Shown: positions 1 through 10,318 of the stretch, piece by piece | How positions within the stretch are numbered: position 1 is the first letter of the stretch | Layout of the letters: every line of letters begins with the position of its first letter | Origin: Nemertoderma westbladi | Taxonomy: Eukaryota > Animalia > Xenacoelomorpha | Reading direction: 5' to 3' | Assembly (NCBI GenBank): GCA_032718475.1 | Contig: JAUCBJ010008388.1 | Coordinates: forward strand, 1 to 45,183 | DNA length: 45,183 bases | Notes under the pieces: generated by a model | What the model saw: only the letters and a program-made list of their open reading frames with translations | Told to the model about the DNA's origin: nothing | Database searches by the model: none | Made by a program: the position numbers and the translations under genes

Positions 1-1320
1 ATAAACTGTTACTGTTCGACAGAACAGTATTAAACTGTATTTAATGCTTACACTGCAATACAAGTAAACTGTTACTGTTCGCGCTTTTGAAGACCTTTAG
101 CAGTTTAACCTGCCAAAATTTATATGTCTTTTAGTTAATTAAAACCACTTTAGCATACGACAATAATTTATGCTAATACGCAAAACACTAGCCGAAGTCA
201 GCCCATGCGCGATCATTCACCCGATGGATCTACACCCGGGAGACTGAATTCGGATGCTTGAATTTTATTATTGCAGTGTAAGGTTGCAGTGTATACCTAC
301 TGTATTATTCAATAGATCGTTAATAATTAATCTCTGACAGATATTATTGGCTTTCGGGAAATATTAACAGTTCCTTTAGGACGTGGCGCTTTATCTATTT
401 AAACAGAACTAAGACTTATACTAAAACGCAACGATACTGCTTATGATTAAAGTATAAAGCGTATTCTTTAGGAAATACTTTGTTACCAATCACGATCATA
501 CACACTATTCTGCCGACAGTCAGTATATTTGATCACACATAAAGAGAGCAGTAATTGACTCACGTAGGGTCTGCTAAATAACATTGGATTCAATACACAC
601 CACATTAATATAAATCGCAATTGTTATGTATAACCGGTCTCTCTAACCTGTAGTGTATCAAGAAAATTGGGAATTTGGGTGATTTATCCGTATTATCCAA
701 AGAGCAATATTTCCATCAACAAATAGGTACAATTAATAACTGACGGTAAAATAACAGTACAAACAATATGATTAATGCAATTAAATTAAGTAAGTATGTT
801 AAGATGCGTTAAGGTTCGATTCGTTAAGGTAACAGTTTATACTTTCGATAATTCAAGCAGTTTACTAGAGTTCTTACCGAAAGGCCGGTGTTTCTGGCTT
901 AGACAGCAATAACAACAAAGTATCAAGTAAAAACAGTAAGACTGAACACTCTCCTTATGATCGACTGAAAAGCTACACGTCGACAGGAAAAATCGCTCCG
1001 ATTGGCTCAAGCCAAACAAAGAACCGTGCGTCCAATGGCTGTTTCCATGTCAGCAACCAGCTGTTAGATGTCGTAATATGAATTATCACGGCTAAGCTGT
1101 GAAAGGTAGTTGGTGCATTACAGGTTTTTTGCCTTACCATGTCCGCCAAAACACGTATATAGCAGAATGATTTTTATGTCCGTTAAAACACCTGTAAAGG
1201 CACCTTGCGGGCGAGGGGAATATATATACAGTCAGAGAACTCTTTTAGAGTATTCCAGCGCCTGGGGGGGAACTGGCCAGCAAAGGCAAACGTATCAGTT
1301 ATCCCACAAAAGCTTTTACA
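1..1320 (-). mobile_element. LTR(+leader)-like segment A of a non-coding LTR retroelement, running off the window start
   Basis: On the - strand it starts TGTAAAAGCTTT (1320), directly after a purine-rich tract AGGAAGTAGGGGCAGCGAATGC (PPT-like, 1321-1342). It is colinear with 2055-3312, sharing blocks such as TTCGCGCTTTT, GCGCGATCATTCACCCG and ATATTAACAGTTCCTTTAGGACGTGGCGCT. No coding capacity. Confidence 0.55.
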
Positions 1321-1720
1321 GCATTCGCTGCCCCTACTTCCTAACCGTTCTTTATCGGACAAGTGATCTACACACGCTGAAATCCGTTCAGACCTAATAA
1401 CAGCCAGACAACTATCTAGCCTACAAATTATCTAAATAAATATTATACGCTACCCGTACAGACTTACACAAACAAAGTACAGACTCAACGATGGCAGACT
1501 ACTCTCAAGCCTAAATAAACTACAGGACATGCAGACTCCGAAATGATTAGGTAGTATGCGTTCTAACCCAGTAGTACGACTTATTCTTTAGTTGGGGGTT
1601 TACCTTACAGCATTCGCTGCCCCTACTTCCTAACCGTTCTTTATCGGACAGATGATCTACACACACTGCAATCCGTTCAGACTTAACAACAATCAGACAA
1701 CAGCTCAGCCTACAAATTGT
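1316..1720 (-). repeat. Duplicated PPT-containing ~110-bp segment (1316-1430 and 1605-1720)
   Basis: TTACAGCATTCGCTGCCCCTACTTCCTAACCGTTCTTTATCGGACA occurs at 1316 and 1605, and downstream similarity continues to CCTACAAATT in both copies. Confidence 0.85.
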
Positions 1721-1894
1721 CTGTACAATCTGATCAGGCTTACACGCCTTCTGTTCAATACTGGCCTACAAATAAATAAAACTTGACAGAAATAAGTAAA
1801 CCATATAAAGGAATAAGGGTGATCAATCCCTAATCCCTTAAACAGCCTACCGGTATGCAACAATCAAATCGAATAATACTAGTGTACTTATACG

Positions 1895-2017
1895 GAAGTA
1901 CCGGTTAGGACAGTTAGGCCTACGGACCTACAGAAGTACCGGTTCTGGCAGTTGGGCCTACTGATCTACGGCAGTACCGGTTCTGGCGGTTGGGCCTACT
2001 GACCTACTGAAGTACCG
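1895..2017. repeat. ~38-bp minisatellite, ~3 copies
   Basis: AGTACCGGTT(C/A)(T/G)G..AGTT(G/A)GGCCTAC.GA(C/T)CTAC repeated in tandem. Confidence 0.8.
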
Positions 2018-2054
2018 TTCAGGTTTACCGGTTGACCGGTACTTTCAACTTTAT

Positions 2055-3312
2055 TGCTTACTGCAATAAAGAAGCTATATCCGTTATTGTTCGCGCTTTT
2101 AGACCTTTGGCAGTTTAACCCGCCAAATTAGGATGTCTTCTAGATAATAAATCACCTTTAGTCTATGACAAGTATTTAATTCACTACACTAGTTGAAACC
2201 AATCTGTGCGCGATCATTCACCCGCTGGATATACCCGGGAGATTGGGTTCGACGGCTTAATTTTTATTGCTATGTAAGCCTAATGTATTATTCGACTGAC
2301 AGTATTATATAATCTCTGACAATATTATTCACCTTCGGGAATATTAACAGTTCCTTTAGGACGTGGCGCTCTATCTATATAAACAGAGTTATGACTTAAA
2401 CTACTCACAACGATATGGCTTAGTTACAATTCACATATATGGCGCATTCTTTAGGAAATGCTTCGTTATCAGTCTCACTCATACACAATGCTGCACAATA
2501 CTGCACACTAATCTGCCGATCTTCACTGATTTTAGTCACATATAAAAGGAACACGGACCGAATCATGTAGGGTCTATCAAATAACATTAGATTCACTTCA
2601 AACCACTTTAACATAAGTCACAATTGTTATATGTAACCCTTCTCTCTTACCTTCGGTATATCAAGAATATTGGGTTTCGGGGTTATTTATCGTTATTCCA
2701 AATATAATAATTCATCAACCATATTATGAAGAACTGACAGTAAATAGCAGTATAACAATATAAAGTATGCACAGGTTGTTTGATTAGGTATGGTATGTTA
2801 TGTTGTGATAAATGCAGATAACGGATATATGTCCTTATAATTAAGCCTACTAGTGTAGGGCTAAAGCCGTTCTTCCTGGCTTAGAATCACCAACAACACT
2901 AAAAACTGATCAGAATAACTATAAGAATACCAGCTACCCTTATTCTACAAAGATCTCACCCACCACAGAGAATGAGCATACAGATAGGAAATTCAGTTCA
3001 GTAGATCTGTGATAGGTCAAAATCAAAACCAACTCAAATCCTATTGGCAGATACAGAAGGCAGGGCTATGGGGCAACGTGGCAATATCGGCCGTTAGCCG
3101 TCGCCATGGTAGCGACACTGTTTTCAAGAGTATCGAGCTTTTACGTCACGAAATTGCAGATTATGTCCTCTAAAGTACAAATACAGAAGAAATGGCTTTT
3201 ATGTCCTCCAAAACACCAGTACAGCAAGGACACGGCCTTTTTATGCCTGGTAAACCAACCACAGAGTACTTTACGGGGATAATAACCGGCTAATTACGCA
3301 AAAGCTTTTACA
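2055..3312 (-). mobile_element. LTR(+leader)-like segment B, diverged paralogue of 1-1320
   Basis: Ends in the same AAAAGCTTTTACA (TGTAAAAGC on - strand). Block-wise similarity to 45-780, weaker in the middle-right part. Confidence 0.55.
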
Positions 3313-3396
3313 ATACCTTTCACATAATTTAGGCCTATTACTGTATTGGTTTTATAATCAATAATAGATCATGACTACTGTCTGAGTAGTGTTACG

Positions 3397-4235
3397 GATA
3401 ACCTGCTCCTTTCCGTGATTTGGTAAAGTGACTGTTTATTGTTTTGGTTAGAAAATCCGGCCTTAACCTGCTCCTTTCCCTCAATTAGTTAAGTGATCGT
3501 TTATTATTTTGGTTAGAAAATCCCGCCTCTGTAACCTGCTCCTTTCCCTCAATTGGTAATGTTATCGTTTATTGTTTTGGTTAGAAAATCCCGCCTCTGT
3601 AATCTGCTCCTTTCTCTCAATTGGTAATGTTATCGTTTATTGTTTTGGTTAGAAAATCCCGTCTCTGTAACCTGCTCCTTTCCCTCAATTAGTTAAATGA
3701 TCGTTTATTGTTTTGGTTAGAAAATCCCGCCTCTGTAACCTGCCCCTTTCCCTCAATTAGTTAAATGATCGTTTATTGTTTTGGTTAGAAAATCCCGCCT
3801 CTGCAACCTGCTCCTTTCCCTGAATTGGTAAAGTGACCGTTTATTGTTTTGGTTAGAAAGGCCCGCCTCTGTAACCTGCCCCTTTCCCTCAATTTGTTAA
3901 ATGATCGTTTATTGTTTTGGTTAGAAAATCCCGCCTCTGTAACCTGCTCCTTTCCCTCAATTAGTTAAGTGATCGTTTATTGTTTTGGTTAGAAAATTCC
4001 GCCTCAGTAACCTGTCCCTTTCCCTCAATTAGTTAAATGATCGTTTATTGTTTTGGTTAGAAAATCCCGCCTCTGTAACCTGCTCCTTTCCCTCAAATAG
4101 TTAAGTGATCGTTTATAGTTTTGGTTAGAAAATCCCGTCTCTGTAACCTGCTCCTTTCCCTGATTTGGTAAAGTGACTGTTTATTGTTTTGTTTAGAAAA
4201 CTCGGCCTTAACCTGCTCCTTTCCATCAATTGGTA
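3397..4235. repeat. 68-bp tandem repeat, ~12 copies
   Basis: Unit GTAACCTGCTCCTTTCCCTCAATTAGTTAAGTGATCGTTTATTGTTTTGGTTAGAAAATCCCGCCTCT recurs at 3531, 3599, 3667, 3735 and onward. Confidence 0.95.
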
Positions 4236-4466
4236 ATTGTTTTTGGCTATAAAATGAGTGTTTTGCTACGTCATGTGGTAATCGATTATCGACAACAACC
4301 ACAAACTATTAAATATAGAGTCTTTTTACCACAGGCGCATATGGAAATCTATCTCATAGTCTATAAATCATGGAATCATGGAATGTTTTGGCACAGGCAT
4401 AGTGAAATCAACTGTCTGACAGTCCAGAAATCAGCAGTCTGACAGTTTGAACAAAATACATACATA

Positions 4467-4575
4467 AAAAGTCATTAAAAGGACAATAAAAGTCATTAAA
4501 AGGACAACAAAAGCCATTATGCATAATTCGTAAAAAAAAGGACAAAAAAAGTCAAATAAAAGGACATAAAAAATC
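4467..4575. repeat. Short ~21-bp repeats (AAAAGTCATTAAAAGGAC), possibly subterminal repeats of a DNA transposon
   Basis: Two perfect and several degenerate copies. Confidence 0.55.
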
Positions 4576-4612
4576 ACTGCCTTTATTAAATAGAATAAAG
4601 TAGCCTCGCTCA

Positions 4613-4820
4613 GATGCAAAATCATGCAACATATCTCCGCTATTTTACGACGAAATTCAGATTATGTTACATATTTGGAATTCCTGCATAGTCAGCTTTG
4701 TAACAGTACCAACAAATCACTATAAGCTTGACGAATAACTGCGTTGAAACTGGTACAATACCGTCGGAGACACATTTTTCAAACTCTTGTAGCTAGAAAA
4801 TGAAAGCAAAACTAAATTTT
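4613..4820 (+). mobile_element. Diverged fragment related to the interior of the adjacent MITE
   Basis: Direct similarity to 5400-5610 (TACATATTTGGAAT, GTCAGCTTT, AGTACCAACAAATCACTA, GAATAACTGCG, CTTGTAGCTA, ATGAAAGCAAAA). Confidence 0.7.
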
Positions 4821-5101
4821 TTTTTATTACACCCCGTACAAAATAATTCTACTCTATGGCATACATTTGGTTTTTGCAGGCGTTTACATGTGTCATCGGA
4901 ACGAATTATTGAGCGTAAAAATTAGATGTTATGTTACGTGCAACAAATTATTGCAACGCGTAATAATTACAGTAGTTTCGGAGACGCATGAAAAAATCCC
5001 CATCAAATAACAGTGAATAAAAACCAAATGTATACCATAATATTAATCACTCAGCACAAGTCGATACGCCGAGCAATCTACTGTATACCCGCACTACTGT
5101 A

Positions 5102-5750
5102 CACCATGTCCTGGAATATAGTGTCGTTATTCAGGTACCTGCCCCCCCCCCCCAAATTTTTTTACAAATCGTAATGAGATTGCATGAAATTTGTAACAGA
5201 GATAGTTTCCCCCCCCCCTCATCCTTGCTGGCTTAGCCAGAATTTTTAACAGAACATTTTGTTTATCTCACTTTAACTTAGCAACAATGCAATGCCTACA
5301 TAATAATACTAGTATATGGATATTCATACATAATCAAAATGTTCTAGAACATTGTGTATTAATTTAATAGAATAAATGGCCTGCAGTGGAAGCTAATACA
5401 TGCAAAATTCGAATGCCCATAACTCAGCTATTTCCCAACCAAATTCAAATATTTTTACATATTTGGAATCCTTGCACGGTCAGCTTTCTACTAGTACCAA
5501 CAAATCACTAAATGTTTGAAGAATAACTGCGGTGTAATTGGTGCAATATCGACGGAGAAACCTTTTTCAAACGCTTGTAGCTAAAGAATGAAAGCAAAAA
5601 TAAAAATTCTGGCTCACCCAGCAAGGAGGAGGGAGGTGAAACTATTTTTCAAATTTCATGCAATCTCATTACGATTTGTAAAAAAATTTGGGGGGGGGGA
5701 GGGGGGGGGGGAGGTACCTGAATAACGACACTATATTCCAGGACATGGTG
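5102..5750. mobile_element. Non-autonomous Tc1/mariner-type MITE
   Basis: Perfect terminal inverted repeats CACCATGTCCTGGAATATAGTGTCGTTATTCAGGTACCT that extend imperfectly to ~150 bp. TA on both sides (5100-5101, 5751-5752). Confidence 0.88.
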
Positions 5751-5874
5751 TATGAGAGAACTGATACATGAGCTAAACACAGTGACTAAAACAAACATGT
5801 CGATATTCATGACTTTGTTTATTTGGTTGTTGTTGGTCTGGTCAGGTTAGGTATTCTAGGTCATTGATCAACTT

Positions 5875-8800
5875 GCCACCTCCATGCAGCATAAAGGTGG
5901 TGCCACCTGTGACTGCATAGACCCTCTTACTAGGTCAAATCTGGTCCTGTAACTAGGACCCTCTTAGTTCTGGGATAAGGACGCCCTTGGTCCTGGATTA
6001 AGGACCCATATACTTGGCTGCAGGGGTATATGGCCTGGCCAGGCCAGGCAGATGGTGATCTACCAATGACTGGTCAGGGGTAGAGTGTTCTCATGTCCAC
6101 TCTGAGTACACTTCACTGCGACCTGCACCTGGCAGCAAGAGTACAGGGCATGACCCAGCAGATGAACTGCGCAGTCAATGGTGGGTCATGTGCGTCAGAG
6201 TAGATATAGGAGATGGGCCTCATATCTGACTCCATTGCGACACCCACCCTGTTGAATGGCAAACCAGGGTGTGGTATTTGCTCCGATAGCTGACTCGTCA
6301 AAAAAGCACCACCAAACCCCCATTATGGATTACATTAGTAATGGGGAGGTCCGGCCACTAGAGGCCAGTGGAATTACCGGACACAATTGGCCTCACAGGC
6401 GTCAGTTATCTCCTGAACGGCTGCCTGTCTCACCCCCTACTGGAGAGAGAGCAGCCAATAATTCTGTGAGTCCCTTTCCTGATGAACTTTCTGGCCCAAA
6501 CCCTGAGTCACCAGGGAGGCCAGATTGTGAGGGGGAGAGGGATTCTGGAGTTGGAGGCTACTCTCATGTTCCACGCCGACCAACTACTGTAAGCCATTGG
6601 TGAATCTGAGGCAAGTCACTAGATTAGTCTCAGTTAAAACCCTAACACTCGGGTAGCTAATGCGACAAGGTGAGCTGACTGCCTTGGCAGATAAGCGTTC
6701 TCTTAGCGCAGTGGGAATTCAAGAGCACCGAATGCAGACTGGACAGACTGATGAGGTTCTGATTAAGGACTTGGGGCGGTTGGCGAAAATAAAAAAATTG
6801 GACAAAATAGACCAAATCTCTCACCGCATCATCCGTTGCCACTTCTCATGTTCTGGAAGACTGGCTAAGAAGTTTCCTAAGGTGGGTTCTGATTGTGTGC
6901 TACTCTTCAACTAGTATTGCCCCTGTAGAGGAGGTGGAAAATTTCTACCACAATCTACAAGCAGTTACAGGTGGAGTGGATCAGCATGCATTCTTAACAT
7001 TCCTGGGAGACTTTAATGCAAGTCTGCATCAATCACCTACATCGCCCTGGGTCTATAGCGATAGTGTTAACCGAAATTCCGTCCATCTTCAAGAATTTCT
7101 CTCGGGAAATGGATTGTTTTCGGCTGGAACCCAGTTCAAGAAGCGAACTGGAAAGCTATGGACTCATAGTGGACCCAGTGGTCACAAGTCCCAGATAGAC
7201 CATATTCTGTTTCCTAGGAAATACAGGAGCTCTATACAAGACTGCAATGCTTTTACACTTCGACCCTTCTGCAGTGATCACCGCCTTATTGTGGCCAAGG
7301 TAAGACTTAGTCTGCGTGCTAGCAGAACAACGAAATCTGCTTTGCCGCGGCATGACTGGTCCTCTCTGTTGCAACAGCCAAATGTGAGATCCAGCTTCAC
7401 ACTACAGCTGAGCAACAGGTATGAGGTTCTTGCCTCTGAAGCGCAGATCACTGTGAGGGCTATACGCCTTCACAGAAGGAGTTAAGTTAGCAGCTGCAGA
7501 AACAGTTCCTGTATACCCTCGAAACAGGAAAAGGGCCCCCTGGACTGACCACAAAATTCAGAAGTGCCGAAATGACCTCTATAAGGCGCAGAAAAAGTCC
7601 CGATTCAAACAGACTACAGCGGCCAAGAATGCAGTTAAGGCTGCATCTAGGTCCCTGAACAGGCAGTACTACAGGAGCTAATAAACCAACAGGTTGATGC
7701 CATCAATGATGCCGACAACAGCAGGCAATCATCCCAGGCATGGAAGTCGATAAACTTGCTTACTGGGCAGAAAAGCCAACCAACCACCAAGGTTAAGGCT
7801 GAATCACCAGCTGATCGCCTCACTGGTTGGAAGGCCCAATTCGAAAAGCTCCTCAATAATGACAGGGTATTGCCTGATAACTTTATAGAAGTAAAAGTGT
7901 CTGAGTTTGTACTCCCAGATATTCCCATTGGCGATATCTCCTTTGCAGAAGTAAAGGCTGCTACAAAGAGCATTAAGACCAATCGTTCCAGTGGAGTAGA
8001 TGGTGTCCCCCCTGAGGTCTTTTAAATACCTGAGTGTTTAAAGCTCATCTATCCCATCATAGTAGACATGTACAGAACAACAAGCGTCCCACAAGAAATG
8101 AAAACAAATAATTTGGTGCCAGTTCCCAGGAAGGGCGACGTAACACTCTATGGTTCTATTCGGGGAATTTCATTAATCTCGATTGCTGCAAAGCTATACA
8201 ATAGAATTATATTAAATCGCATCAGGGATGCCATTGAGAGACTGCTCCGTGGAAATCAGAATGGGTTCCGTAAAGATCGTGGGACCATGGAGCCCATTTT
8301 GGCTCTTAGAAGGATAATTGAAGAGTTATCAAAAAAGAAAGACAGGCATCTGGCTGTTATATTTATTGACTTCTTCAAGGCCTTTGATTCAGTCTCTCGC
8401 TCGCGTATGTTCAGCATACTTTCATTATATATGGGAACCCTGATGAAATAGGTTCCACCCTGGTGTAGTGGTTGCATTGAATTCACATCTCCCGTAGGTC
8501 GTGGGTTCGATCCTCACATGGGCCAGGGCAGTTTTCGTTTCGGCACTAATGCTTTAAAGGGACCAGCCAGGGCGCACCTCTGCCTTGCATCCTTAAGTGG
8601 TAGCTAAATGAGTACTGGAGTTTCCTCTGGGGAGTAAAGTTCTGGGGGGACCGCACTGAAAATAAGTCGTTAGACTTTGTGCGTAATCCCTGGCCTAGTG
8701 GCCGAAGAAAATTTACTTTACTTTACTTTTTTTTGAAATTGTTGCAGCAATCAGCAGTATACGATGGTTCGACAACATTTGTATCTACTGTTGATGGTGA

Positions 8801-9695
8801 CACAGAACCATTTGAAGTATTATGGGGAGTCATCCAAGGAGACACACTTGCGCCATTCTTGTTCATAATTGTGGTTGACTATGTTCTACGCATGTCCTTA
8901 GATCATCATAATGATGATGGGGTAATGGTAACTCCACCTACTGGCTCCAGAAGTCGAGGAAATCCTGCCAAGTACTGTACCTAACTGATCTAGACTTTGC
9001 TGATGACTTACGAGTACTCTCAGATTCACTAGAGGGAGCCCAACGGCTCCTCGGCTCATTAGAACAGGCTGTTTCTAGTGTTGGTCTTTTTATTAACACC
9101 AAAAAGACCAAAATTTTGACAGTTAACTTTGAAAGTCCTCAGCAAGTCTCTGGCCGGATGAGCATAAGCTCAAAAGATGGTATGCTTGAGCATGTGGACG
9201 ACTTCTGTTACCTGGAATCATGGATCCGGAAGTCAGGTAAGGACCTTCGAATGCGTAAGGGAAAGGCATGGGCAGCCTTGAATAGGCTTTCCAAGTTTTG
9301 GAAGTCACAGAGAATTAATCGGAAACTTAAGGTCCGATTATTTAGAGCAGTAGTAGTTCCAGTACTCCTCTATGGGAGTCCATGCTGGGCTCTAACTGCT
9401 GAGGACACGAAATCTTTGGATGGCACATTCACAAGAATGCTAGGCCGGGTTCATTGTGTCAAGTACAATGTACACATCTCCAACCAGACACTATATAACA
9501 TTGGAGGTGTCTCATTGGTTCCCTCAAGCTTGACACTAGAACAAAGTCGCCTCCGCTTTGCAGGACATTGCTTTCGCCGTGAGGACCAGCCAGTGCATAA
9601 TCTTGTGCTTTGGCAACCTCATGGAGTGAATAAGCATGATGGACAGCCCATGACTTTCTTGAGACGCATCTTAAAGGACACTGGCCTTGAAGATA
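5875..9695 (+). mobile_element. Decayed RTE-like non-LTR retrotransposon (APE endonuclease + reverse transcriptase), frameshifted and interrupted by a SINE
   Basis: Endonuclease motifs GIQEHR, LGDFNA, WT..GPSG..SQIDHIL, SDH. RT motifs QNGFRKDRGT, FIDFFKAFDSV, GVIQGDTLAPFLF, LDFADD (~8989). C-terminal RLRFAGHC..R...LVLWQPHG. Multiple stops and frameshifts. Recognisable homology ends near KDTGLED. Confidence 0.88.
8450..8733 (+). mobile_element. tRNA-derived SINE with a Nin/Deu-like central domain
   Basis: A box TGGTGTAGTGG and B box GGTTCGATCC. Core CTCTGCCTTGCATCCTT..GTGGTAGCTAAATGAGTAC. (TTTAC)n tail. TGAAAT target duplication (8444-8449, 8734-8739) splitting the LINE RT. Confidence 0.88.
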
Positions 9696-10065
9696 GTTTC
9701 TGTATCACAATATCGGCACCATACACAAATCGTCCAAATTACTATAAATCGTATCGTAATTACAGTGCCCTAAACCGAAGGCGTCATTTAAAGGAAGCCT
9801 TGTCTAAACCCAATAGGACTTTTGTAAACATGCGATGATGATACGTGCAGATTACTGTATATTTACTACAGTACTCTAAGACAATCTATTCTTCCTCTTG
9901 GTTGCATTTAGGACAAGGAGGGCGCCACATTAACTCTAAATAGTTCGAATCAATACTGTCAGTATTCAATCATTTTCTTTAATATTAGATTCCCTTTATG
10001 TTGGGTCGTATGAAGCTAGAAGTAGGCTAGGTTAGAAATAACATCTCAACGAAACTGGAATGTTC

Positions 10066-10133
10066 CTTTTGTAAGGCTTGAACTCACGGCCTTTCTGTTA
10101 GAAGGTCGTTACGTTATAACCACCTGGACAACC
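10066..10133 (-). mobile_element. tRNA-like Pol III head (probable second SINE family or tRNA pseudogene)
   Basis: The - strand reads GGTTGTCCAGGTGG (A-box-like) ... GTGAGTTCAAGCCTTAC (B-box-like with T-arm stem). No convincing acceptor stem. Confidence 0.45.
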
Positions 10134-10318
10134 GAATATAAAGAAAAAGTAGAGGGGCGGCTAGATTGTTTCGCGTGGTGATCGAACAGATTCGATGTAA
10201 TTGATGAAAAAAAACTTTGATTAATCTTTCCATTTTGATAATTATATCTCACAAGAAAAAGACATGTTCAAAATGACATGTTAAACAGACAGATGTTACA
10301 AACCTATGAAAAATTAAT

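Noticed and set aside
837-4625. Short ORFs of 60-95 aa at the window start
   Set aside because: They lie in repeats, many have non-ATG starts and they are not conserved between the duplicated segments.
8451-8525. Functional tRNA gene
   Set aside because: A and B boxes are present, but there is no proper cloverleaf and it continues into a SINE body with tail and TSD.
9696-9838. C-terminal extension of the LINE ORF (SFCITISAPY...)
   Set aside because: Lacks the expected conserved C-terminal residues, and is probably read-through into unrelated flanking DNA.
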